Virus record (IMG/VR): IMGVR_UViG_3300044676_002816
Span: 1 to 29,742 of that record
Strand: one strand, 5' to 3'
Length of the DNA stretch: 29,742 nucleotides
Origin: a virus
Lineage: Duplodnaviria > Caudoviricetes
The notes below the pieces were generated by a model. The model was not told the DNA's origin. It worked only from the letters and a program-made list of their open reading frames with translations, and did no database searches. Made by a program: the position numbers and the translations under genes. Below, piece by piece: positions 7,897 through 15,707 of the stretch (positions are counted from its first letter, which is position 1; the number at the start of each line of letters is the position of its first letter).

Positions 7897-9072
7897 TCAG
7901 TCAAGAGGCTCTTGACTGATCTTGATGTCCTCTGGAGAACCCTCGGGGTAGATCGATTCTACTTCTTGACCCCTAGTCTTCTTTTCTTGCCTACGGGTAG
8001 CGGCCTCAGAGACATCTCGCTGTGACTTCATGGCACCCGTGGCCAGAATCTTTCTAGCCATAGCCTGTGACACGCCGATGCCCTCACCCAAGACACGGGT
8101 AGACGGGGCTGCGCCGTGCTCCTTGACATGGGACTCAATGAAAGAGGTTGCCTTGGAAACGTGCCCCTTCATAGCGTCAGAGAGGTTTCCAGACTGAGCC
8201 TCAAGGCGCTGTTCCTGAGTTCTAACGGGATAACCAGTACTAGCAGCCATAACGCGGCGGTCGTCTCCACGACCAGTACCAAGACCGCCAGCGATCGCAG
8301 AGGGAGTCTGAGTGGACCTCAGGGGCTGGCCGGAGGAGGGCTGGTCACCGGGAGTAACCCTAGTGATCTCGTCGTCCTCGGACTTCAAACGAGGCTCGAT
8401 CCCACCAGTACCGGCAACGTCGGCACCAAACGAGCGTCCACGGACACCACCAACTGGGCCTTCGCGACGGGTAACTCGTGCGTTCCTAATATCGCTAACT
8501 ATGCGACTACCTGAGGGGTTGTTACCTAAGATGGACCTACCAGCAATAGAGCCGACTGCCTGCGACTTCAGTTCTCTAGCCACTGATTCTGGAGTTCCGG
8601 GGATCTCACTAATGGCTTGAGCCTTCTTGCTTGTAGGCTGCTCTCCCAGCATGTACTGGCGAGTAGCCATAGCCTCCTGCATGGGAGGAGCCAACTTTCT
8701 GGTGTTGGGATCATCCTGAATACGGTTGAGATACCCCTGCACCATACGCATACCGCGACCGGAGGTTTCCCTGCTCTCTCTAGCCGTTTCTAATCCAGAC
8801 GCAACTAAACCAGCCTGCTGTTGGTTAACGTACCCAGCGACAGCCTCACGCTTAGCAGAACGAGCAGACATACCCTGAGGAGTGCTTGGGTTTAAGCGCG
8901 CATACTCCTCTGAGGTGCCGGGAGTGCGGTAACCACCACTAGCCGTCGGGTCTACTTTAGCGTCGGGCCGATCACCGGGCTTAGGAGCGCCTGCGTCGTA
9001 ACCAGAGTAGATAGGCTTACGCCCCTCGGCGGTAACCATTGAATACTGCGTGGGTAAAGGCTTAGAGGCCAT
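7897..9072 (-). CDS. Large G/S/R/A/P-rich, mostly disordered hypothetical protein
   Basis: Long ORF; start 9072 (GAAGGGG upstream) or 9081; possible small HTH-like segment near the C-terminus (APSTRVLGEGIGVSQAMARKIL). Confidence 0.8.
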   Translation of the reverse strand: MASKPLPTQYSMVTAEGRKPIYSGYDAGAPKPGDRPDAKVDPTASGGYRTPGTSEEYARLNPSTPQGMSARSAKREAVAGYVNQQQAGLVASGLETARESRETSGRGMRMVQGYLNRIQDDPNTRKLAPPMQEAMATRQYMLGEQPTSKKAQAISEIPGTPESVARELKSQAVGSIAGRSILGNNPSGSRIVSDIRNARVTRREGPVGGVRGRSFGADVAGTGGIEPRLKSEDDEITRVTPGDQPSSGQPLRSTQTPSAIAGGLGTGRGDDRRVMAASTGYPVRTQEQRLEAQSGNLSDAMKGHVSKATSFIESHVKEHGAAPSTRVLGEGIGVSQAMARKILATGAMKSQRDVSEAATRRQEKKTRGQEVESIYPEGSPEDIKISQEPLD

Positions 9073-9108
9073 GTAAAGCATCCCCTTCGTAAGTTTTCAT
9101 ATGGGTTT

Positions 9109-9119
9109 AGAATACCACA
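9109..9119 (-). promoter_or_regulatory. Extended -10 promoter heading the orphan cluster
   Basis: TGTGGTATTCT just after the spoVS stop codon. Confidence 0.55.
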
Positions 9120-9122
9120 GAG

Positions 9123-9398
9123 TCAGCGGGCGACGGGCTTCCACGTCATAGAAGAAATAGTTTCTCCAGAGTCGCCCTGAATATCATCAAAGCCAATGAT
9201 GAAGGTCAAATCTATGCCTCGCGGGGCCACGAAACCCCTAGCGATAGCACATGCTTTAGACGCCTGATTGACTGCTGAAGCGCCGATTGCCCTCATTTTA
9301 GGGGTCTGACCAGCGACGATAGCGCGGGCCAGAATCGACCCGACTGATGACGGGTTACTGGACCCGGACACCTTGATAACGTCTTCTTGCTCTGCCAT
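9123..9398 (-). CDS. spoVS: SpoVS-family (Alba-like) protein
   Basis: VIKVSGSSNPSSVGSILA...RAIGASAVNQASKACAIARGFVAPRGIDL...GFDDI matches the SpoVS signature (LKVS..S.P.SVAGA.A...QAIGAGA.NQAVKA.AIARG..AP.G.DL); SD GAGG. Confidence 0.9.
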   Translation of the reverse strand: MAEQEDVIKVSGSSNPSSVGSILARAIVAGQTPKMRAIGASAVNQASKACAIARGFVAPRGIDLTFIIGFDDIQGDSGETISSMTWKPVAR

Positions 9399-9442
9399 GG
9401 GTTACCTCTTTCTATACCGTTGTGTACCCTATGGCAGAGATA

Positions 9443-9811
9443 TTAGCAGTATCCAGCCTCTTTCAGGAGGACAGATAAGTCCTCAAGGCGAAGAATCGCG
9501 TAGGTATCTCCAAGGTTCTTTTCACCCACTCCGGGGCGCTTTACTACCAAAACTGGGAGAGCGTTCCCGCCGACTGCTTCCTGCTGAGCCTGCGATACTG
9601 TGTCATTGAGCCATCCAGACAGGTCGAACTTACGCTGGTTCTTACACTGGATAATTGCCTGACGATCACGATTACGGATACCGTTGATATCACCGCTGTC
9701 ATAAGTGCCTGAAGTAGCAGGGCGGTAAGCCTTCTTGAAACCACGAGGTCGTAGATACTTGACGACCAGCGTCTCAAAGGAGGTGCCTTTAGCCTTCTGT
9801 TTGTTACCCAT
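9443..9811 (-). CDS. Holliday-junction resolvase-like PD-(D/E)xK nuclease
   Basis: KAKGTSFE..VVKYL..G...R......DSGDI...IIQCKN...W......Q...PVLVVKRPG. Confidence 0.82.
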   Translation of the reverse strand: MGNKQKAKGTSFETLVVKYLRPRGFKKAYRPATSGTYDSGDINGIRNRDRQAIIQCKNQRKFDLSGWLNDTVSQAQQEAVGGNALPVLVVKRPGVGEKNLGDTYAILRLEDLSVLLKEAGYC

Positions 9812-9826
9812 GTAATCACTCCCATG

Positions 9827-9988
9827 TCAGGGGCCTACTCGTACTCCACCTCTTGAGTGGTCCTTTAGAGGTGCGTAAGGTAACAATACACCACAAGTGG
9901 GGCACTCATAGTACACGACCTCCCTACCACTCTCGGTGACGTTCGTATGCTTCACCCCGGCTGACCCAGAGCCGGGGCACGTCTTCAT
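9827..9988 (-). CDS. Small zinc-ribbon-like protein
   Basis: ATGA overlap at 9988; CPGSG...YECPTCG...H. Confidence 0.65.
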   Translation of the reverse strand: MKTCPGSGSAGVKHTNVTESGREVVYYECPTCGVLLPYAPLKDHSRGGVRVGP

Positions 9989-10218
9989 CGTTGCATCATC
10001 ATGTGAGTTACCCATATATACCCCTCCATCATGGTAATGAGATCATGCAACTGGTCGGAGTCAAGTTCCTTCCACGATCCACCGTAGTCCTTATCGACCC
10101 CGGGGATCATCTGAGCGAGGCTGTACCGCTCCTCCTTAGTCAGACCTAAGTCCTCCTTGAGAGCCATAGCCTTACGGTATCTACGCTCACGAACGTCATT
10201 GCTAATCACTCTTTGCAT
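9985..10218 (-). CDS. Hypothetical helical protein (weakly GemA/Mu gp16-like)
   Basis: LGLTKEERYSLAQMI...GSWKELDSDQLHDLI; the family guess is weak. Confidence 0.65.
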   Translation of the reverse strand: MQRVISNDVRERRYRKAMALKEDLGLTKEERYSLAQMIPGVDKDYGGSWKELDSDQLHDLITMMEGYIWVTHMMMQR

Positions 10219-11098
10219 TGCGACTCCAACAGTGTGACTTGTAACTACAGAACCTACAGAACTCGCAGGACTTGTGGGTAGCCCTGATGGGGCGAGATGG
10301 TACTACCTTATCGCGGAGGGCGTCAATAACCTCGGTGGCCCCGTCCAGCATGGGCTGTACCAGTTCGTGATCGTATGAGAGTTGGAACTCCTTGACATCC
10401 TGCGAGGGCTTCCACTCATAGATAACGATTGCTTTATCTATCCCGAGGCAGTGCATGTACAGGTTGACCTGCCGACGGTGGGTGGTAAGGGGGCGCTTGA
10501 TGCGCTTCCACAACTCGTCCAGCGACAGTTCGCCGCTCTCGTAACCCTCGTACAACTTAGGAGCGTCCCAGCGGACGGTACCCAGCCCCACAGACTTGAT
10601 CTCAATGACCGCCTGACCATCTGAGTCCTCCCACACGCCGTCAGCGTGGCCGATGATGCGGTGGTCGTCGCTCCTGATGGCCACCTCAGCGTACCGGATG
10701 TCCAGCGACGAGCACTCAGGACACTTCTCAGGAGACTTGCCCTCCCACTCGTGGTAGCACTGCTTACACTTCCACTTACCCAGCAGGCCCCCTGCCTTCC
10801 ACATCCACCTCTGCCACTTGTCGTGGATGTTGTTACCCTCAGCAAAGATGTTCATGGTCTTGAGATTGAAGGATCTAGCGTCGCTCTCTTCTACCTCTGT
10901 GATCTTGTAGTAGGAGGAGCGGGCGCACCAGTTGTCCTTACACATCTCGCTGGGGTGTAGGTGGTGGATGTCCCTGTGAGCGTTGCGCTCAGCCTGTTCG
11001 ATGGCGAGAGCCGCCTCTATCTTCGGAAGCAGGCGCTGGGTGTCCTTAGCGCTGAACTGCTCCTTGTAGTTCTTCATGTACCACGGCTGTTCACTCAT
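10202..11098 (-). CDS. Cas4/RecB-like exonuclease with Fe-S cysteines and a zinc-ribbon insert
   Basis: HPSEMC..WC; G..IH; CKQC..CPEC insert; GHADG; IEIKS; QVNLYM; C-terminal CEFCRFCSYKSHC. Confidence 0.88.
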   Translation of the reverse strand: MSEQPWYMKNYKEQFSAKDTQRLLPKIEAALAIEQAERNAHRDIHHLHPSEMCKDNWCARSSYYKITEVEESDARSFNLKTMNIFAEGNNIHDKWQRWMWKAGGLLGKWKCKQCYHEWEGKSPEKCPECSSLDIRYAEVAIRSDDHRIIGHADGVWEDSDGQAVIEIKSVGLGTVRWDAPKLYEGYESGELSLDELWKRIKRPLTTHRRQVNLYMHCLGIDKAIVIYEWKPSQDVKEFQLSYDHELVQPMLDGATEVIDALRDKVVPSRPIRATHKSCEFCRFCSYKSHCWSRNAKSD

Positions 11099-11414
11099 CT
11101 TCTACCCCACATATATCCAAGAAGTCATCCTCGCGGAGGACAACATACCGGTGACCGGCTAAATCTATCTGCATCAGAGGGATGCGCCCCTCCAGTAAAG
11201 CACGCTTAACGAGGTCACGCATATCAACGGCTTTGATGCTGTATGACTTGGCGTCGGGGTCCATCTTGAGTTTGTTCTCAATCATGAACTCCTCGGTGCG
11301 GACATCTGCCTTCCGCATCCACCCCGCCCCCGACATCACATTACGTGAGCCGTTGTATGCCTTTGCTGTGCGATCCTCTTGTTGCTTAGACCTTTTACCA
11401 GACTCACTCTTCAT
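11091..11414 (-). CDS. Second resolvase-like PD-(D/E)xK nuclease
   Basis: Likely start ATG 11414; SKQQEDRTAK...SGAGWMRKADV...IENK...SYSIK...GRIPLMQI. Confidence 0.75.
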   Translation of the reverse strand: MKSESGKRSKQQEDRTAKAYNGSRNVMSGAGWMRKADVRTEEFMIENKLKMDPDAKSYSIKAVDMRDLVKRALLEGRIPLMQIDLAGHRYVVLREDDFLDICGVEDE

Positions 11415-11658
11415 CTTTATACAGCACGTAGACGATGTCGTCAAGAATCTCAGCCTGATCGTCAATGTACCCCTTGATCTCGTCAAGGGTGTTCATAATG
11501 GCTCGCACCATATCCTTGATGATGGCGATCTCATGGTCGTGTGACTTGTCCTGATCGTAGGGTTTACGCGGGGACCGGTATACCTTATCCTCCTCGTCAC
11601 CCCACAACTTAGGCTGATACCAGCGATTACTGGGGTGCTTCTCTTCACCCTTCGACAT
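11404..11658 (-). CDS. Hypothetical protein (84 aa) with C-terminal coiled coil
   Basis: ATG 11658 with AAGGAG SD; contains RKPYDQD. Confidence 0.7.
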   Translation of the reverse strand: MSKGEEKHPSNRWYQPKLWGDEEDKVYRSPRKPYDQDKSHDHEIAIIKDMVRAIMNTLDEIKGYIDDQAEILDDIVYVLYKDEE

Positions 11659-12697
11659 GCTCTGGCTCCTTCGGTTGCGGGTTGAAAACGGCAGCGTAAG
11701 CCGCATCGCTAAGGCGGCGCTGTAGACCAAGGTCCTGTCGAACCATGTCATACAACTCTTCCTTTTTGCTAGCAATGCGCTCACCCTCAAACTTGTAGCG
11801 ACCCTCAAACAACTCTAGAGCCAGCGCTACGTTGACAATGTCCTTTACCGTATCAAACTCTCCCTTACGGAAGCCGTGCGTGTTGGCAAAGTAAAAGTCA
11901 GCCTGAGCGATCTGCTGTGGGCGATAGGTCTTGTTCTTGATGACTCGCATCTTGATGGTCTGACCAACACGGGTGTCCAACTTCGACCCCTCGCTGATCC
12001 ACTCATCACGCCTCACCTCTACACGGGTGAAGTAGTAATAGTTCTTGGCCTTACCACCGGGGGTGGTACGGGGGTCACCGAACATGACACCAATCTTGTC
12101 TCGCCACTGGTTGATAGCGATCATGGTGCAGGGCCTATCGTCAGCGGTGAGTGAACGGCGCTGGGCCTTGGCGCACTTCTTGAAGAAGCGACTCAGAATC
12201 TGCGCCCCAGTAGCCACGGACGCCTCGTCCATAGACTTGTTGACCTCAGTCTCGGTGACTAGAGCAGGCAGAGAGTCCAGCACCACGCAGTCAACCGCAC
12301 GGTTCTCTATGGCCTTGAGCACTAGATCAAGTGCCGACTCCATCTCGTTGGTCTCTACGACCCAAAGACGTTCTAGGTCTACACCGAACGAGGCGGCGTA
12401 GTCGGGGACGTACTCCTCAGCGGCAACCCACAGGGCTAGCCACTCTGGGTCTCGCTGTTGGTTGGCCGCAATAGTTCTATAAGCAATTGCCGTCTTTCCT
12501 GAAGACTCTTCACCAATGATCTCGTTCCATTGGTTTGCGGCCCATCCTCCTCCAAGTGCCAGATCGTACGCGAGGAGTCCAGTGGAGACATGGGGAACCT
12601 CCTCTTTCGCGGCACTCCCCTTGATAATGATTTCTTCGCCGTATTTCTTGTTGATCTCATCTGCTATCTCATCCAGTGACTTGTATCTGTCTTTCAC
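11645..12697 (-). CDS. recA: RecA/UvsX-like recombinase
   Basis: GTG 12697 after AAGGA; STG...DLALGGG, Walker A GEESSGKT, VVLDSLPAL, INQWRDKIGVMFGDPRTTPGGKA, KNK. Confidence 0.95.
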   Translation of the reverse strand: MKDRYKSLDEIADEINKKYGEEIIIKGSAAKEEVPHVSTGLLAYDLALGGGWAANQWNEIIGEESSGKTAIAYRTIAANQQRDPEWLALWVAAEEYVPDYAASFGVDLERLWVVETNEMESALDLVLKAIENRAVDCVVLDSLPALVTETEVNKSMDEASVATGAQILSRFFKKCAKAQRRSLTADDRPCTMIAINQWRDKIGVMFGDPRTTPGGKAKNYYYFTRVEVRRDEWISEGSKLDTRVGQTIKMRVIKNKTYRPQQIAQADFYFANTHGFRKGEFDTVKDIVNVALALELFEGRYKFEGERIASKKEELYDMVRQDLGLQRRLSDAAYAAVFNPQPKEPEHVEG

Positions 12698-12707
12698 TCT
12701 ATTCCTT

Positions 12708-13145
12708 TTATGCCCAGTTAGTCTCCATCCCCTGCGAGAAGGAGCCGTTGAACCCACACTCAAAGCAGTGTGGGCGAGGTTGCTGCCCGTTCACCCGAGC
12801 CGCACCAGCGGAGCGACCGGAGTAGGCAGTGTAACCCGTGGTGCTACCGCAGTCTGGGCACGCCATGTTGCCCTCCATGCGGTGCGCTTCCCCACCACGC
12901 CAGAGACGCATGGCTTCACCCATGCTGACCTCTGCGTTGGGGTCCCTGTTGGGGTCAAGAATTTGCTGACGCTCCCCCTGATTGAGGGGGATACCCGACA
13001 TATCAGGCTGTACCTGTTGTACCTGTTGCTGTTGGACAGGCTGAGGCTGTACCTGCTGGGGCTGTGCTGGGGGAATCTGTATACCGTACCGAGGGGGCTG
13101 TTGGGTGTTGAGTTTGTTAGCCCACCAAGAAGCGCTATTCGTCAT
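12708..13145 (-). CDS. Q/P-rich protein with C-terminal zinc ribbon
   Basis: QPQQVQPQPVQQQQVQQVQP tract; CPDCGS...CFECG. Confidence 0.8.
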   Translation of the reverse strand: MTNSASWWANKLNTQQPPRYGIQIPPAQPQQVQPQPVQQQQVQQVQPDMSGIPLNQGERQQILDPNRDPNAEVSMGEAMRLWRGGEAHRMEGNMACPDCGSTTGYTAYSGRSAGAARVNGQQPRPHCFECGFNGSFSQGMETNWA

Positions 13146-13605
13146 CGTCGGGTTCCTTTAACCACTTCTCTATGTTCTTGAAAAGGTCGGTTGCCTTCTG
13201 GTCAAAGTCTTGCTCAGTAGACAACTTAATGTCAGGAATATCTGGTTGCTCTAGTATGGAGATTATACCAGCATCTTCTAACTGCTTTATTGAGGATACC
13301 AAGAAAGACACGAGGTCGTCAAGCCTCTCCATGCCCTCGCCCGCGTCCAGTTGTGCGTCGGGATCGCTGTACCGTAGCATCCACCACGAGCAGTTGGCCA
13401 TAACTGTGCCCGCTTTTCCGGCCTGTAATCTGAGCCAGAACGACAGGATGTCTCGGAGTTCTACCTCCGTTACGTCGTTGTCAGGGGGCAGAAAGTTAGC
13501 CTGATCGCTGGCGATCTCGTGTCCCTCAATAGGAGAAAGGTACAGGTAGAAGTTACGTTGAAATCTGCGTAACTCATCCTTGGTAAACTGCATGTCTTCG
13601 TCCAT
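13135..13605 (-). CDS. Hypothetical acidic protein
   Basis: ATG 13605 two nt after the polymerase stop; overlaps the next gene. Confidence 0.75.
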   Translation of the reverse strand: MDEDMQFTKDELRRFQRNFYLYLSPIEGHEIASDQANFLPPDNDVTEVELRDILSFWLRLQAGKAGTVMANCSWWMLRYSDPDAQLDAGEGMERLDDLVSFLVSSIKQLEDAGIISILEQPDIPDIKLSTEQDFDQKATDLFKNIEKWLKEPDDDE

Positions 13606-13607
13606 GG

Positions 13608-15668
13608 TTATCCCTTCGCCTCCACCCAAGACTGAGCGCTGTGGGCTTCGACTTCTAGTTCAACGCCCATAATGACCTTACCATTCCCCATCGCTGTCTC
13701 AATGACTCCTCGCCAATGGGGGGCTTGATCTATAGGAACGATGACTACAAGTTCGTCGTGTACCTGTACAGCCATCTTACACTCTGGGTAAGGTAGGGCC
13801 GTGGACACATCTACCATGGCCTGCTTACATATCTCAGACGCTGTGCCCTGAATGATGGCGTTGATTGCCTGTCGCTCTGAGCGGGCGCGGGAGGCAAAGT
13901 CATCTGATCCCAAGTCAGGCACACGCCTGCGCCTGCCATACATGGTCTCCACGTAGCCCTGACGGCGTGCCTTAGCGAGGACTTTGTTCTTCCAGTCAGT
14001 CAGCGCCGCATACCCAGCGTTGTAGTTATCCACGACAACACGTGCTTCATCCAGAGACAACTGACCACCAGTGGCGTCAACAAGGCGCTTAGGGCCACCG
14101 CCATAACCCATGAGGAAGTTAGGAACTTTTCCGTAGATGTTTCGTTCCTCACCAGTCACCTCCTCCGGTGGTTTCCCTAGGATAACACTGGCAGTACCTG
14201 CATGTACGTCAATGTTCTCTGAGAAGATATGGAGAAGTTTGGGGTCCTGCGAATACATAGCCATGATCCGCATCTCAATCTGAGAATAGTCAGCCACCAC
14301 CAGCGTCTTGTCCTCGTCAGCCACAAACAAACCACGTACTCTGCCGTCTCTGGGGATGTTCTGGAGGTTGGGGTCGCTCGCTGAGAGTCGTCCGGTAGCC
14401 GTGCGGTGTAGGTGAAACTGGGGATGGAGACGGTCCTTGTGGAGCAGGGGGATCAGCCCGTCCACGTAGGTGGTCTTCATCTTCTTGAGTTCGGCGTACT
14501 CCATGAGCAGGTCCACCACGGGGTGCTTGCCTTGTAGAGAGCGGAGAGAGTCCTCGTCCACGCTGGGCTTACCCTTATTGGTGGTCTTCTTCGGGGTCAG
14601 ACCCAGCCCGCCCTCACGCTTTTTGTTGAACAGCAACTGCGACTTGTGGACGTTGGAGTCAGGGTTGAACCCTACGGGAGCGTACGAGGCGATATCAATA
14701 ATCTTTGTGTTGATATCGGTATCCAGTTCCTTGCCCAGTTTGGTCATGGCCCGCCGGTGTACGCGGATGCCGTTCATCTCCATCTGCGCCAGCACTGGCA
14801 AGACATCAAGGTCTAGGTACAGCGCCTTGAGCAGCGACGAGTCCTTGGCGATGTGGTTGTAGAGCGTCCTGTACGCCAGCCACGCCCACCTCACGTCGTA
14901 GTGAACGTACCTACACGCCCTGCTGAACGGCTCCGTGGTGATGGTCTTACCGATCTTGCCGTCCCTGTGGTAGGGGTCGAAGTTGAAAACCTTGTCCAGA
15001 ATAGATACCAGCCGGTAACTTGTCAGGTTCTCATTGGCGATGTGCATCAGCACCTGCGTGTCAATGTACCTTCCCTTAGGCAGTTCGCCCCCGTAGTACT
15101 TCGCTACGGACTTGCAGTCGAACTTGATGTTCTGGTTGACCTTGACGATGTCCTCACTCATGAAGATCGGTTCCAGAGCGGTGAACACCTGCTCCTTAGT
15201 CAACTGCTCAGGAGGATCGGAGAACTCTGCTGGGATGAAGTACTTAGACTTCGCCAAGGACTCCTTACCGCTAGCAAGGATGGCCCTGTATCCCGGTGGG
15301 GGCACGGTGTCACCGTCCCCGCGACGCTCAGGTACGACCACCTCACCGTTAGGGTGGCCCATAGGAATAGCCCACGACTTGCCCTGTACGGCGATGCCAA
15401 TCCAGAACACATCATTACGCAGAGTGTCCAGCGCTACGTTGCCACGCCACTTGTCCTCAATGGCCTGACGTGACCTCTGAACAGTGGTGGGATGCGTAGC
15501 CTTGAGTGAGGCTTGCTTCTCTTTCCACTCTTCTTCCACGAGGGCCATCACGTCAGAGTGACGTTCGATGTTGCCCCGTGTCTCTACGTCGAAGCAGAAG
15601 GCACCCTCTGCCTGTACCGCCTCAACAATATGATTTAGTTCCTCTAAAGTGTGAACGGAGGGTGCCAT
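13608..15668 (-). CDS. polA: DNA polymerase family A with 3'-5' exonuclease
   Basis: ExoI FDVET, ExoII NIKFD, ExoIII YVHYD; TATGRLSASDPNLQNIP; motif A ADYSQIEMR; motif B KVPNFLMGYG; motif C VHDEL. SD GGAGG precedes ATG 15668; there is an alternative in-frame ATG at 15704. Confidence 0.96.
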   Translation of the reverse strand: MAPSVHTLEELNHIVEAVQAEGAFCFDVETRGNIERHSDVMALVEEEWKEKQASLKATHPTTVQRSRQAIEDKWRGNVALDTLRNDVFWIGIAVQGKSWAIPMGHPNGEVVVPERRGDGDTVPPPGYRAILASGKESLAKSKYFIPAEFSDPPEQLTKEQVFTALEPIFMSEDIVKVNQNIKFDCKSVAKYYGGELPKGRYIDTQVLMHIANENLTSYRLVSILDKVFNFDPYHRDGKIGKTITTEPFSRACRYVHYDVRWAWLAYRTLYNHIAKDSSLLKALYLDLDVLPVLAQMEMNGIRVHRRAMTKLGKELDTDINTKIIDIASYAPVGFNPDSNVHKSQLLFNKKREGGLGLTPKKTTNKGKPSVDEDSLRSLQGKHPVVDLLMEYAELKKMKTTYVDGLIPLLHKDRLHPQFHLHRTATGRLSASDPNLQNIPRDGRVRGLFVADEDKTLVVADYSQIEMRIMAMYSQDPKLLHIFSENIDVHAGTASVILGKPPEEVTGEERNIYGKVPNFLMGYGGGPKRLVDATGGQLSLDEARVVVDNYNAGYAALTDWKNKVLAKARRQGYVETMYGRRRRVPDLGSDDFASRARSERQAINAIIQGTASEICKQAMVDVSTALPYPECKMAVQVHDELVVIVPIDQAPHWRGVIETAMGNGKVIMGVELEVEAHSAQSWVEAKG

Positions 15669-15685
15669 CGGCACCCTCCGTTCAC
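15651..15685. promoter_or_regulatory. Perfect 16-bp inverted repeat covering the polymerase RBS and start (translational operator and/or attenuator)
   Basis: GTGAACGGAGGGTGCC-GAT-GGCACCCTCCGTTCAC on the minus strand. Confidence 0.85.
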
Positions 15686-15707
15686 TAGTCGTTGAGTCTG
15701 ACATGGA

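Noticed and set aside
10202-11098. Cas4-like gene as evidence of a CRISPR-Cas system
   Set aside because: No cas1/cas2 or repeat-spacer array was seen; solo Cas4-like nucleases are common in phage recombination modules.
12698-12763. N-terminal extension of RecA (and similar long starts for the ORFs at 11808, 11486, 3868, 3647, 20194)
   Set aside because: These are longest-ORF artefacts overlapping upstream genes; downstream starts have SDs or stop/start overlaps.
15250-15580. Polymerase insertions as inteins or introns
   Set aside because: Too short, no C/S...HN-C/S/T splice motifs, and the frame is uninterrupted.
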